DNA from: Octopus vulgaris
Lineage: Eukaryota
Direction of reading: 5' to 3'
Length of the DNA stretch: 64,000 nucleotides
Assembly (NCBI GenBank): GCA_951406725.2
Contig: OX597829.1
Location: 14,942,001-15,006,000 of the forward strand
Shown here: positions 16,590 through 33,361 of the stretch, piece by piece
Position numbering within the stretch: position 1 is the stretch's first letter
Layout: each line of letters begins with the position of its first letter
The notes under the pieces: generated by a model
Databases searched by the model: none
What the model was told of the DNA's origin: nothing
What the model saw: only the letters and a program-made list of their open reading frames with translations
Translations under genes and position numbers: made by a program

Positions 16590-16860
16590 TTTATAAAGTT
16601 AACATAACGTGACAGTCCCGTAGAGGGAATTACACCACCGCTATATAGCCCTAGGAAGCATCAACGCTTCCTGCCGGCTTTAACATATTTCCTGTATCCT
16701 TATATTTGCAAAGGGGGAGCAAGCACTCCCACCAGCTTGGACTAGCAACCTGAATGCATGCATGTTTCTGGGTATTGCCCGTCATCAGTTCAGGGTAGCG
16801 TGTCCCCGCTAGAGGTGATATTTACCAAGCCCTTGAAAATATATCTATTTACAGTGAAAT
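16590..16860 (-). mobile_element. Short GC-richer structured element carrying the hammerhead
   Basis: Several small hairpins (GGAAGC/GCTTCC, GGGAG/CTCCC, TAGCG/CGCTA) surround the HHR; boundaries approximate. Confidence 0.45.
16749..16794 (-). ncRNA. Hammerhead ribozyme motif (U16.1>C variant)
   Basis: Minus strand: CCTGAA CTGATGA CGGGCAATACCC A GAAA CATGCATG CA TTCAGG; perfect 6-bp stem I and palindromic CATGCATG stem III. Confidence 0.7.
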
Positions 16861-17415
16861 TTATTCTAATTTAATGTTTTATTGTTAATTTATTCAAAGC
16901 AATGACTGTTCGCACTAGAAAGCACAAGGCCAGATCTCTTTCAGTTCTCTCCTACATCTAGAATCTAAACTTCAAAAATATCAGAATATAAGTCAGGCGT
17001 TCTTAGTTATCCCCCAAGCATCACCATTTGAACGATAGTATATATATATATTTGGTGGTTATCTACTTCTTTCCGTCAACAGATTTAAGTTCTATCTCCA
17101 TTCCTTACAGGGTCTCATTCCCTTGTGGCCGAGTAATTTTTGTTTTTGTTTTTAATTTTTATTTTTTGATCCGATCCGATTCTTTGCATTTCCCTCCCGA
17201 ATTGGGGTTTTTAATTTCTATTTTTATTTTTTTTACAAAGCAGAAACAAAAACTCTTAGTTTTTATCGATTTGATGTTTGCAACTATAATGTAAAACGAA
17301 AGAGAGAGTAATACGAATACAAAAACCAAAAATGAAAAACAGACGAAAACACGAAATTTTTATCTCTCTTTTGATAATAGCACAGAGTTAATCTTACAAA
17401 TTGAACCGTTGAATT

Positions 17416-17581
<166 letters not shown>

Positions 17582-17661
17582 GTCTATCTATCTATCCTTC
17601 TATCTATCAATCTATCTATCTATCTATCCTTCTATCTATTAATCTTCATGCATAAATACAT

Positions 17662-17693
<32 letters not shown>

Positions 17694-17753
17694 GTATACA
17701 TACACACACCCACCCACACACACGCACACACATACACCCACACACACCCACAC

Positions 17754-17841
<88 letters not shown>

Positions 17842-17937
17842 CAGTTCCATGATTTTAGATTTCATTGTTATTGTTATTATTATAATCGTTAGTGATATTA
17901 TAACTAGAAAACTAAATAAAGAAATTGTTATTATTAC

Positions 17938-18012
<75 letters not shown>

Positions 18013-18014
18013 TC

Positions 18015-18409
18015 ATGTGGCGAACTGGCAGAACGGTTAGCACGCCAGACAAAATGCTTAGAGTTATTTTTGTCTGTCTATACACTGTGATTCGAATTCC
18101 GCCGAGTTTTACTTTTCCTGTCATCCTTTCGAGGTCGATATAATAAATACCAGTTACGCACTGGAGTCGATGTAAACAACTAGCTCCCTCCCCCAAAATG
18201 TCATGCCTTGTGCCTCTAGTAGAAAAGATTATTACTATTATTTCTTCCGTTTGTACACTGTGAGTTCAAATTCTGCCAAGGCCGACTTTGCCTTTCATCT
18301 TTTCGGGGGTCATAAATAAATAAAGAACCAGTCCAACACTCAGGGTTGAAATAATCGGCTTACTTCCCACAACCCCGAAATTGCTGGCCTTGTACCAAAA
18401 TTTGAAGGG

Positions 18410-18410
<1 letters not shown>
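18015..18410 (+). mobile_element. Two SINE family B copies between (ATT)n tracts
   Basis: GGCGAACTGGCAGAACGGTTAGCACGCC; GACTTTGCCTTTCATCTTTTCGGGG. Confidence 0.8.
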
Positions 18411-18472
<62 letters not shown>

Positions 18473-18673
18473 ATGATTATTATTAAAAGATTCAATAGAT
18501 ATTCGTACAAAATACCATGCAATTTCCTATGGAGTTCAAGTCACGTCGAAATCAAATTTCTTCAGAGTCGTTACGATATAGTCGAAGAACTGGAATCGAT
18601 TTAATTGACTAAGATATCAAACCAAATTGTGAACTTATGCCTATTCTATAAATTTCTACAATCATCCACGCCA

Positions 18674-18743
18674 CTGCTGCTGCTACAACTATTACTGCTG
18701 ATGCTGCTGCTGCTACTACTACTACTACTACTACTACTACTAT

Positions 18744-18804
<61 letters not shown>

Positions 18805-18820
18805 GCTGCTGCTACTGCTG

Positions 18821-18880
<60 letters not shown>

Positions 18881-18901
18881 TTACTGCTACTACTACTACT
18901 A
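18674..18901. repeat. (CTA)n/(CTG)n microsatellite ((TAG)n also at 59400-59586)
   Basis: Direct reading. Confidence 0.95.
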
Positions 18902-19190
18902 CACATATTGTTTATATTTGCTGATAGTAAATGTGTGTGTTGTATATATATATATACAGACATGTATATTACACATAAACACGCAACACATATGCAGTCC
19001 AACGATGGCTTAGTTGGCCGAACCTTTGAAGTCACTATCAACAGCATTTTTGTATAATAATAAAGAATATGAACTTACAAAAGCTTTAAACCACTCATCA
19101 GACTAATATAGAATTGTTTTTTTAACTGAATATAGAAGCAAACATGATTATACATACACACACACATACACACATACATATATATATATG

Positions 19191-19276
<86 letters not shown>

Positions 19277-19959
19277 CACATACACACATACACACACACA
19301 TATATATATATATACACACACATACAAATATATATATATATATTCACACAAACATACATCCATATGAAATTTACTCGATGGAAACGAATTACGACGAATA
19401 CATTTCCTATGTCGGAACTACACACTTTGTTAGGTCGACGCGTTGCAATATATTTGAAAACAGTGTTAAAGTTTGTACACCGTGTTAAGAACAAGCTACG
19501 AATACTCTGCAAACATAGGAGAATAGGTGTAAGAAAATCACAATACTAAAAGATTAGCTAACACATTTGCGTTGTTTTCGAAATCATTCTACATAATCTC
19601 GTACCATCTAAATTGTACATAACTTGCATGTACGTTTGCATATTATATATTATGCATATGTATATGGTGCTTATACAGTGACTCAGAATTTATACAGCTC
19701 CAGATTTATGGCTCTTTTAAAATAATTATTCCAGAAATATTTTCATTGCGTCCTCTAGACGCCAAGGTCAAAGACCGAGAGCGTCAGCATCGCATTATGC
19801 TTTTTTTTTGCAAGTTTATAAGTATGAAGATGTATAAGGTGTTGTTCTTAGTTTATTTATATATCTACTACTAACAATAATATATATGTATGTGCTTGTA
19901 TGTATACATATCCATGTACATGGCTGTATATGTGTATATATGTTATCTTACCATTTTTA

Positions 19960-19996
<37 letters not shown>

Positions 19997-20151
19997 TAGT
20001 ATGTATGTATGTATATGTGTGTATGTTTGCATATATATATATATATTTGTATGTATGTATCTATATATATGTATATTTTTGTATGTATGCATATGCATAT
20101 ATGTACATATGAATGTATCTCTATATACATATATGTATAGATGCAGGTATA

Positions 20152-20200
<49 letters not shown>

Positions 20201-20449
20201 ATAAATATATATATGTGCACATATATATATATGTATGTGTATATATATATATGCATACACATATATATATGCGTATACATATATATCTGTATATATGTAT
20301 ATGTGCACTTATGTATGTATATATACATATGCATACATATATACATATATATAGATAGATATGTATATACACATATATACAAGCACATATATATGTATAC
20401 ACACATATATAAATGTATATTTATATATGTATAAATTTATAAATAGATA

Positions 20450-20481
<32 letters not shown>

Positions 20482-20898
20482 ACGTATAGCCCCCATAGGT
20501 TTGCATGCATGCATGTTTGTATGTATGTTTCCATGTATATATGTATTAGCGTATATTTCTGTGTGTGTGTTTGTGTGAATGTACTTTGCTTAATTTGTAG
20601 GTTGTTGTGCTCACGAGCACAGGGTCGTCGTTTTGACTTCAAGACTGGCAGTGAGTTACTTCTTGAGGAAAGCAGTTTCATATGGCTCCAGTCGACTTGA
20701 CTGTAAATGGACAATTCTGTAAGAAACTGGCGTTTTGTACAAGGTAAATGTTGTACCCGCTTGGCGAGTTGTATTGCACCTTTCATCTGCTAGAACAAGC
20801 AAGCGCATTACGATATCTAATAGTTTGGTCCATACAAGTGTCGTACATACAAGCATAAATACACACATACAAGCACACCCACATACACACATGCACAC

Positions 20899-20968
<70 letters not shown>

Positions 20969-21009
20969 TAATATGGATGTGTATGTATTAAGTGATAATC
21001 TTTACAACA

Positions 21010-21950
<941 letters not shown>

Positions 21951-22548
21951 ACAGACATATAGTAGGGTCATTACACTAGACTATAAACATTTCCTACAAA
22001 TTTTGTTAGTCTTGTTCCGATATAGGAAATCGTTATTGTCTTTTAGAAATAGACGTCTGAATGAAAGAAGCAAGCAGGCAGACAGGCAAGCAGGCGCAGC
22101 AGTATATGACATAGAAGATAAAGTAAAGCATTGCGTTTAATGACCATTTCTTTCGTTTGAAAAATTGGAAAAAAAAAAGTATAGACATTAAAAAAAAATT
22201 ACAAATAACAAACAATAAAAATGGAATTAGTAAAGTTGGTAGTAAAGACGAATGTAAGATGGGAAAGCCAAAGACATAATGACAGAAAGAGACAATGGTA
22301 AAAAGGAATGGTGGGGGGGGGGGGTAGGACGGAGAACCACGAATAGAGATCGACATTTGAAGAAAGCAGGCGAACAAAAAAATTGCACGTTCATATGTAT
22401 ATGCATGTATATATATATTACATCATGTATGCATACATGCATACTATATTCATGCATATAAATATATATATATAAACATATGTGTTTATACATATATATG
22501 TACGTATATATGTGTGTGTATATATATATATGTATGTATATGTATACA

Positions 22549-22602
<54 letters not shown>

Positions 22603-22736
22603 ACGTGAATATCTATGTAAATATATACATATATGCAGATGATTTATGTGTATTTATACACATCAACATTTACGTACTTGTATCGTTATACACACGTTGC
22701 ATCTACATATGTACACATATATATATATTGAGAGAC

Positions 22737-22769
<33 letters not shown>

Positions 22770-22882
22770 GGCATATACTTGAATGCGTATTATGTATAAA
22801 TGTGTGCGTATTTATGCATTCTTGAGTATATATACACACATAGAGATATTATGTATACGTACATAACGATGTATGCGTTTTA

Positions 22883-22924
<42 letters not shown>

Positions 22925-23194
22925 AAAACACATACAAACGCACACATCTTTGAGTGTTTATACGTGCGTCTGATTCGATGTAGATGACACGTTTTTATTA
23001 TTACAAGTCTTTTATGAGGATTCTACCGTATATAGTTCTGTTACAGTGATGTATAATATTATTGTTGATGTATCCTTTTTTAGTGTGACAGAACTGTGCT
23101 TTATGTACAAATAAATGTATATTTTACCCACATATACGTCTGCCTTTATAACCATCCGCATGCAAACACATACATACATACATACATACATACA

Positions 23195-23229
<35 letters not shown>

Positions 23230-23439
23230 GTATTAATATATATGTATAAATATATATGTGTGTATGTATGTATTCCCGTATATATATATATATATATACA
23301 TAAATACACACATATATATGTGTGTATATTCGTTTAAGCGTACAAGTTCGTACACACACATATGTATTCACACAAGCGCACATACATATACACATATATG
23401 CACACACACACACATACACACGCACACACGCGTACACAC

Positions 23440-23486
<47 letters not shown>

Positions 23487-24682
23487 CATATATATATATA
23501 TAGTCCGTTAATGATAATACAATGTGACTTGAAATTTCCTATCCAGAGATGCTAGATAATAATAAGGCGATGGAGAAATACTATCTTTTAGGCGCTGTAT
23601 TATCGCTATTTGAGTATATAATTAAATGCATTTGACTCTACTGAATGTCTTAAATATTCTTAATTTGTTGATATATATATATACATGTGTGCGGGTATGT
23701 GTGTGTGTATGGCTGTATCTGGGTGTTATGTGTGTGTATACATACGTATATATACATTATGTATAAGTATATGCTAAAATATATATGTACCATATATATG
23801 CACTTATATACGATTTGCATATATATAATACATGTGTTTATATGTGTATATATGTATATGTGTATGTATGTATATATAATGTTTGTGTGTGTATATATGT
23901 ATGAATGTAAACACACATACACACACACACATATATATATGTGCATATGAATGTACGTGTATATGTATGTATGAATGCATGTATGTTTCTTTTCCGCATA
24001 AATATTTTATATATGTGGGTAGAAAAAATATTAATAATGAAGCAGCTATTCGAGATACAGAAAAACATCCAACTATTTACTGTGAATATTTACTGATGTA
24101 GAATTAAACATTTATTATCTCGTTGATATAATTTCATTGAAAAATCAAACAAAATTACATCACGTGACAGCAACATTGAGGAGAAAACTTCTTGTGTGTT
24201 TCAATGTATGTATGCTTGTTTGTTATTTTCAATAAGATTGTACTGTTGTTCGTATTGCCGGTTTTGAAAATTTTGACATTTTACATAATGTAATTACCAT
24301 TATTCTGTAATATTATTTCCGTTTTATTTAGTTGAGTTGGCAAATCGCAATCCTTCAAATATATACAGACATTTTTTTAAAATTTTTAATTTGATTTTTT
24401 TTTTGTCAAGACAATTTTGTGAGCGTTTCAAAAGAAGTGTTAAAAACAAATAAAACATACAAGAACAATGAAAAAAAATATGTGTCCAGTTCTTCTCCAC
24501 GTTACAAATCTCCCGAACCATCTCGATGGATGGCTTCTATTTTGTCTTAGATGAATTTTGGTGGATTTTGATCGCTTAACCATTTTCATCTTGTTTCTTT
24601 ACTTTTTGTATATTGCCAACTTGACATTGTTTAACAGTAAAAAAAAAAAGAAAATGTTAATCTTTCATTTGTTATTATTTTT

Positions 24683-24895
24683 TAGGCGGTGAGCTGATAA
24701 AATCGTTAGCACGCCGAAGAAAATGCATCACAGCATTTTGCAGGTCTTTTCGTTCTGATTTCAAAATCCGCCAAGGTCTACTTTGCCTTTCATCCTTTCG
24801 GGATAGATAAAATAAGTACCAGTTGAGCACCGGGGTCGATGAACCGACTAACCCTCTTTGCCCAAAATTTCAGGTCTTGTGCCTATTGTAGAAAA
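24683..24895 (+). mobile_element. SINE family B
   Basis: AGGCGGTGAGCTGATAAAATCGTTAGCACGCCG...CTTTGCCTTTCATCCTTTCGGG. Confidence 0.85.
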
Positions 24896-26059
24896 AAAAA
24901 TTATTGTAGTTTTCTTCTTTTTTTTTTTGTTTTCGTGCCCGACATTGTGTTTTCAATTTTCCTTTTTATATCATAATTTAGTTTAGTTCTTCTCTTTCAT
25001 ATTTTGTTCATAATGTTTGATGGAAGTATAAAAAAATGTATGCAGTAAATTGTAATGGGTGGGATTTGTAATTGTTGCTTTTTAGTTTTTTATTGTTTTT
25101 TCCCTTTAATTTACTTTCAATATTTCTTTCATCGTTACCTTTGTTGGATTATCTTTTTCACACCTGACATGCTAATGAACATTAACGTTTCTTTTTTGCT
25201 TTTGATTTTTTTCTTTTTGTATTTTCAAGAAGAAAAATATATTTGAAAAGAACAGTATTGTAAATGAAAAGAAAAAGGACTCTTTTTTTTAAACGAACAT
25301 AAGACACACTTTTACTGGTTTATGAAATAAAAGACTGATACTATAGGGAGTAAAAAAAGCAGTCGTAATATAGAACGTATTACCAATGCAGGGATAACAT
25401 AGTGAGGATTAATAGAAGTTATTACCAGATTTAAATAAACAAACTCTTGTCAAGTGGAAATTTTATTTATAATTTGCTGTTGATTATTTTTTTACTCAGA
25501 ATTTCTATTTAAATATCTACAACCTTATAATTAATTATTATTATCACTGAATAATAGTTTATGGAATAAAAATATATGCATATTATCGCACGCGCGCACA
25601 CACACTGAGAAAAGCATGTACAAAGACACATACATATCACATTTATGTATATCGAATACAGACAGGTTATGATAAACAAGAACACATAACACATACACTC
25701 AGACAAATGTACATACACACCTTACACACATGTATTATAGAAATATATTCCTGCATGTACATACAAATATACATTTACACATGTATGCATATATATATAA
25801 ATATATATTTATATGTATGTATGTATATATGCATGTATATATATGCACATACATATACACTCACACACACACACACATACACACAAACACATCAAAGTTG
25901 CAGTTCTATCTCGTATTTCTAGAGGAAGACCACTTCTTCAAGACATTCGAAAAAAGCGGTAGTTGGAAAAAAGTTGTTGCTTAGGTATAACTTCATTAAA
26001 CTTATACCTCAAAATGCTTCCCCAAAACTACCTTATTATGTGTGTGCGTGTGTGCGCGC

Positions 26060-26091
<32 letters not shown>

Positions 26092-26770
26092 GTGCATGAA
26101 TATAAGGGTGTGTTGATTTGTTGGAGCAAGGTTGGCCACAATCTAAATATAGAGTTCAATACTTTTCTATAGTATAGTTTGCTTATACACAGACATTTCC
26201 ATTTTTTTTTAAACTGTCAGACATTATGAATGAAATACCTTGCAAACAAATGTATCTTGAAATAAAAAAAAAACGAACGGAAGAAGGAGAAGAAAATCGT
26301 GATTATAAGACTTTGAAAGGAGGGAATTAAGATAATGTTAGTATAAATATTGAAAATATAAGTTTTCATTCCCTTTTTAGATGAAAGCTGAGGTAAAATT
26401 ATGAAATTTAAAATAAATAAAGTTACATATGGTTTATAGTTTTTAGATAAAAGCTTCCAAGCTCATATCTAAATTCTAGAAGATATAAATCTATTGCGTA
26501 TTACATCCAATAATCTATTAAACTTACTCTCGGTAAATTTTGTAAAACAATTTTGTAAATTTCTAAAGGATTTAATCTTTAATATTGGACACCTCACTTC
26601 CCAAATACAAATAATTTCCTAACATAATCATGCTATCATTTATGTTTTAAGCCTTCGACTAAATAATTAATGTAACTGGTTTGTTTGATTTCTCACTTAA
26701 ATCTCCCCTCTCAAGGATTCACACTCATGGTTTTCTGTTCTGCGCTCCTTAGTTTTCCTATTTCCAATAA

Positions 26771-26802
<32 letters not shown>

Positions 26803-27008
26803 GTGTGTGTGTGTGTGTATGTATTTCCAGTATACACATAATAACACTATTTTCCATATACACAGACGGTTTATCTTTGAAAAACCTCCCAGTTGGATCT
26901 CCTTATTTCAATAATGACAGAAATAAAATTTTAAACTCATATTTAAATAAAAGTATGCCCATACGCACATACAATATATGTACGTTTGGACGTGCGTGCA
27001 TGTGTATG

Positions 27009-27042
<34 letters not shown>

Positions 27043-28457
27043 AAAATATATGATACATAGATGCATGCAAACACACTCTCACACACACACATATATATAT
27101 ATACATATATACACATAATACATACATATGTATCTACATACACATACATAACAAACATACATAACAGACATATATATATGTACTTAGTATGTGTATGTGT
27201 GTGCGCATTTACATAGATGTATATCAAAATAATATTCTTTTTTGTTCAATACTGTATACCCATGTTATTTTAGCAATTTCTCATCTCAAATCTAAAATTT
27301 ATCTTTGAAAAATCAAAATGTTCACCGATTTTAAGTTAAATAACGCATGTTTTATATATAAACTTTTTTCTTATGTTCCATTCTTTTTTTCAGTGTTCTT
27401 CCTAAACGCAGTCTTGAATAATCCTAAGATCGGAATCGAATCTAAATTAATTAACCATTTACTTCTCTTCAGGAATTTCGTTGTTTCAAATAATTTTATT
27501 ATGTTTTTTTCTGACTTGTGTTTTGTTTTCTAATTTTTCTTTATCGTCTTTTTTTTTTTTTGAAAATTATCATGGAAAACTAAATGGGGTTTTGTAAAAC
27601 ATTAAAAAAAACATACAGCATTGATCCCTCTCCTATAATCCTGCAAAATTTATGCTTACTAAATTTACAGTAAATATTTTATACCACAAAAAAGACGATG
27701 CAATGTTGAGCAGGTATTTATTAGCTAAAAGGTTTTTCATTATAAATTCAATAAGAAGCATAAAAATGGGAAAATTAAAAAAACCTATAATGCGTTGGCG
27801 TTCTACAAATGTTTTTCCTAACAAACATATCCAAAGAGAAGCTCTATAATAATTAAATAAGATTTTCAAGATACAGTATTGTTTGTCTAATAAGAAATAA
27901 CTAAGGAGGTGAGGATGAAATTTTCAAATTCTCCCTTAAATTATGGGTTTCCAAAATCCGCGTTACGTCATGTTTTCTTTTGTTTGTTGTTTATATTGAA
28001 AACGAAAAAAAAAAATTGTAAGAAAAAATATAAATAAAAATGTCTTTGCATTTGAGATTTTAAAAGACAATTCTAGCTGCATAGCTAACAAGTTTTCAGT
28101 TAATCTAAACATTTTTTTATCCTGTTTTATTTTTTCTTTCCCTTTTTCGAAAATTGTTCATAACTTTTAAGTCGAATAAAATATCTTAAACAATCTTTAA
28201 TCACTAATTTTTTCAGGTTTCTCATTGCTTTGTGCACACTAACACATACAAACGCAAACATATACAAATACCTTTGCATATTCACTAAATAACAAACACA
28301 CATACAAATCCTCACTCACAGACGTGCAAATGTACTAAGATACATGCGACACGAGCACAAACACCCATATCCCATATGCACACATATACGTTAGATTTAA
28401 ACAGACATTCTCACGTTACGTAAACATGCGCTCATATACATATATACACACACACAA

Positions 28458-28953
28458 ACATGGCTGTGTGGTAAGAAGCTTGCTACCCAACCACACGGTT
28501 TCGGGTTCAGTCTCACCGCGTGACATCTTGGGCAAGTGCTTTCTACTATAGCCTCAGGCTGATCAAAGAATTGTAAGTGGATTTGGTAGATGGAAACTGA
28601 AAGAATCCCGTCTATATATATATATTCCTTTGTCTTACTTTGATTTCGATCATGCTGAAGTACCATCTTTAGTTGAACAAATCGAGCCCCAGGTCTTATT
28701 CTTTGTAAGTCAAGTACTTATTCTAACCAAACAACCGCTACGTTATGGGGACGTAAACACACCAACATCGGTTGTCAAGCCATGGTGGGGGGAAAAACAC
28801 GTACACACAAATGCATACAAACATACACACGCGCACACACAAACAACACACACACAGACACACACACACACAACAGACACACACACACATAGACACACAC
28901 ACACAGACACACACACACACAGAGACACACACACACAGACACACACACACACA

Positions 28954-29036
<83 letters not shown>

Positions 29037-29410
29037 GACGGGTTACTTTCAGTTTCCGTCTACCAAATATACTCTGGTCGGCCCGAGACTATAGTAGAAG
29101 ACACTTGTCCAAGGTGTCACACAGTGGGACTGAACACGGAACCATGTGGTTGGGAAGCAAGCTTCGTACCACACAGCCACTCCTGCACCATATGTATGTG
29201 TGTCTTTGTGATTGTGTTTGTCCCCCAACACCGCTTGCCAAACGTCCCCGCAACTTAGCAATTCCGTGAAAGAGACCGCTAAAATAAGTACTAGGATTAA
29301 TAAGTAAATTAGTCTTGGATCCATTTGTTCTACTAAAAAAAAACAACATTCAAGGCGTTGCTCTTGCATGGCCACAGTTAAGTGACTGAAATAGGTAAAC
29401 GCTAAAGATA
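28458..29410. mobile_element. Nested SINE family A: a + copy (28458-28615 and 29190-29410) interrupted by a - copy (28630-29189)
   Basis: The 5' and 3' halves of the + copy flank a full - copy inserted in the internal TA tract. Confidence 0.8.
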
Positions 29411-30102
29411 AAGTAAAATATTCACGAATTTGTTCTGCGCTCCTTAGTGGATGCTGCTCTAGAACACACAAATATTCAGAAATTTACTGAGAGATAAAAA
29501 CTCTCATATGATTTTTTGGTGTATAAAAGCACATCATAGCTATCTTTTAAAAGCACATCATAATATTGTTATGCCAGGAGTGCATGATCATATAATATCG
29601 GGCTGTACCCGCCTTCTCAATGATAGATACCTCGGTAATGGAAATAGCGTTTAACTGCTGCGTTAGCTATATACATAGATATACAGAGTCAAATGAGACG
29701 ACACTGATATCGCTAAAAGCCAGAGCGCTTATCACAAAAATTATAAAGAGCAACATAAGCATTATTAATAGCGGCAGGTAAAATATTCATGTAATTTGCT
29801 AGTCCTAGCAGCGGAAGTAGCAATGATTGAATGTTGCTGCCGATGGCTATGATGTGCTTTTATGCACCAGAAAAAAAAAAAAAAAGTGTTTATTAACTGA
29901 TCTAAAGAACCTATCTATTTGTCCTTTTACATCAAAGGACAAAGCAGATATCGTTACGGCAGTGCGTTTTGATGAATATGGTAGCCTTAGGAATGTAATT
30001 CTGTCTTAAAACCCACTAGCTACAAAAGCTAGTGCATCAGTGGCATGGGTATATACACCCACAAATATATATGTATATATATATATATATACAATTTATA
30101 AG

Positions 30103-30154
30103 TAAGGGCAAAAGAAAAAATTTCTAATGCCAAAAATTTTTTCTTTTGCCCTTA
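30103..30154. repeat. Small hairpin (21-bp stem) after (TA)n
   Basis: TAAGGGCAAAAGAAAAAATTT / AAATTTTTTCTTTTGCCCTTA. Confidence 0.75.
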
Positions 30155-30245
30155 TATATTGTTTAAAAATTTAACCTTTAAAGGTATTTTTAATATGCTG
30201 GCCATTGATAGAATTTTTCGAAAAAAAATTCTATCCTATTTTAAG

Positions 30246-30330
<85 letters not shown>

Positions 30331-31139
30331 AATATATATATATATATGTATGTATGTATGTTTGTATGTATGTATGTATGTATGTATGTATGTGTGACTG
30401 TATACATATATACATACACACATATACATATGTGTCCAAAAGACATTAAATACTATAGATTATTTAATAAATATAGGGTTAGATTAGCATTTTCTATTAG
30501 CACAAATAGCAGCGGCACATGACACTAGTAGATTAAACAGTTTCCATATTAACAATAACAACAATAATAACCAGAATAATAGTTATAAATCAATAAATAG
30601 CAACAATGTCAACTTGAATGAAGAAACCATATGTAACCCAACTAGGTATCAGGATAGGAGCTATGGTTTGACAATCAATACAATGCAAACTATCTGAACA
30701 AACTCCTGTATTAGCCTGGACGTGGAGGGTGTGAATCCTAGAAAGCGCAGTACTCAGAATGTTGTCTATGTGGGAAAGAGTAATGGCTTAGAAATATAGA
30801 CAGGAAATTTTAGAAATAATTTCTAGTGAAACTGAAGCAGAAGTAGTAGAACTATCAAATGCGATTATGCAAGGAACAGCGTTTGTTCGCTTAACTCTAA
30901 CTGTAAATATAAAGTATTATATGCAGATGTAAGCTTATCTCCTAGAATAGGGAGTACTTCTATATCGGAGCTGGGAGAACTTCTATATTCGAGCTAGCTC
31001 ACGTTATATTAATCCAAAAATTGCCAATCTTTTAAATTTCTTTAGAAATAGAAACAAAATGAATACTACTACCCTTAGTAAACTAAATTGGGCACTAAAA
31101 GATAGTAACAAAGTATATTCTATTGCTTGAGAAAGAATT

Positions 31140-31845
31140 AGTTAGGCAAATCCTTATAGAATAGGCGATAACAGATGTAGACCTTGTGTAGAAGTAATGT
31201 ACCAAATTTCCAGTTTTAAATTTTCTATTATAAACACAAGACAGGAAAAAGCCCTAAGATGTCCACACTTAAGAAAATATATGTTTAAGCAATTTAAGTA
31301 ACCACAACTATTCGTTACAGTAATGATTATAATAATAATTATCACAATAATTTTAAGGGTATAAACCCACAATAAGTAAAATACCTCTGAATAAATAATG
31401 TACATAATACAACAGCATGTAAATAAAACTTCTAAAATTAATTGAAATCTGAATAAATATATTACAACCACGGGTGAAGAAGTTTATTTCTCAGCCACAT
31501 TCCCAGATTCGGTCCCATTGCGTTGCAGCTTCGTCAAGTGTTCTCTGCAATAGCCTCGGGCGACCACAGCTTTGTGAGTGTATTTGGTTGACGGGAATAG
31601 AAAGAAGTGCACCGTATATGTGTATGCGTGTGTGTGTGTGTGTGCGTCTTTCTGTCTGTGTTTGACCCTCCCCCATCCCGCTCGACAGCCTGTGTAAGTG
31701 TGTTTGCATCCTCATAACTTAGTTTTTCGGCAACAGAAAACGATAGAATAAGTTAAAATTAAGTACTCACGTCGATTCATTTAACTGAATGTTCAAGGCG
31801 GGGCCCCAGCATGTCCGCAGTCAAACAACTAGAACAGATTAAAGA

Positions 31846-31891
<46 letters not shown>

Positions 31892-32050
31892 AATAGTTAG
31901 GTAAATCCTTATGGAATAGGCGATAACAGAAGAAATGTACCAAATTTCCAGTTTTAAATTTACTGTTATAAACACAAGACAGGAACAAGCTCTAAGATGT
32001 CCACACTTAAGAAAATATAGGTTTAAGCAATTTAAATAGCCACAACTGTT
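31140..32050 (+). repeat. About 160-175-bp direct repeat pair (31140-31312 and 31895-32050)
   Basis: AGTTAGG(C/T)AAATCCTTAT...GATGTCCACACTTAAGAAAATAT...CCACAACT in both copies. Confidence 0.85.
31473..31845 (+). mobile_element. SINE family A, diverged
   Basis: Matches the family A consensus. Confidence 0.75.
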
Positions 32051-32444
32051 TATATATATATTTATATAAACATATATATATACACACACGCACACACACA
32101 CATACACACACACACACGTTTATATAAAGAGTAATGTAGCGCACATACTGGTGTATGAAAGTGCGATGCACTCACACAGGCACACATGCACACATATACG
32201 TACAAATCTACATACTTACGTACATATATGTAGAACAGATAAAAAATTAAACAGCAAAATTAATTTAGATATTTAAAATCTTCCACCTTCTTTTTTATTT
32301 TATGTAACTCACCTTTGAAGTAAATGACCCTTTTCAGCCTCTGATAAGGGTATTATATCTTTCTATATATGTATGTATGTGCGTTTGTCAAAACCATAGT
32401 TATATGCAATGAAATATATATACGCGTGTGTGTAGGATCATATA

Positions 32445-32517
<73 letters not shown>

Positions 32518-32526
32518 GTATATATA

Positions 32527-33358
32527 CTGGGTGCAATGGATAAATTGTCACTATCTTATAATTTTAGTTTCGTGCATGCGCATTGTTTGTTTTTGATTTT
32601 GTCGACTACACAGTATAGTAGGGACAGTTGGGTACCACCTGTGAGAAAAACAGCACAATGACATAATACACTCTGTCAGAAATTTGGAAGAGATATACTG
32701 CATTGCTTAGCATTCGCGGCAGTAGTTCCAAAATGAACAGATGTTGGAGACAGAGAACAGCTGTTGGCTTGCCGTGTCGCCAAAACATGTACCGAGAGTG
32801 ATAAAAATCAAACAACATGGTGTTTGGCGTGAGCACTAGTGATGGCCAAGTTATACCTGCATTTATCATCCAACAAGGATTCAGAATCAACACGGAGGCC
32901 TACATAGTGCCTGAAGAAGGTAGAGCTGCGCTGGGTCAAGAGGGTGGCTGCTGGGAGACCCTATGTCTCGCAACAGGACTCTGCCCCATGCCACACAAGA
33001 AAGAGAACCCAGTCATGGCGGTCAGAGAATTTGTGCGACCACATCACCCCTATCTCCCCAGACTGCAACCACCTTGGTTATTATGTGTGGGATGCAGTTG
33101 AGCGAAGGACCACCAAAACTCTTTGTAACCTCAAAGATGAATTGAAGGTAAGGATTATGGCAGTATTCACCATTTTAAAGACGGAAACTGTCCAGAAGAA
33201 TTACAGGAGATTCAGAAGTGTTCTGGATGTCGTGGTTGAAGCCAATGGCAATGTTTTGGGGGGGAATTTACTATTTAGTATTTCAAGATATTATGATGCA
33301 ATTTTGCTAAATATATCTGGTAAAATGAGATGTCAGCATTATTTTCATTTTTGAGTAA
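32527..33358 (+). mobile_element. Internally deleted Tc1/mariner-superfamily element, DD37D (maT)-like transposase relic
   Basis: TA then CTGGGTGCAATGGATAAATTGTC (TIR-like); ORFs MVFGVSTSDG and QQDSAPCHT...SPDCNHLGYYVW; frameshifted. Confidence 0.8.
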
Positions 33359-33361
33359 TAC

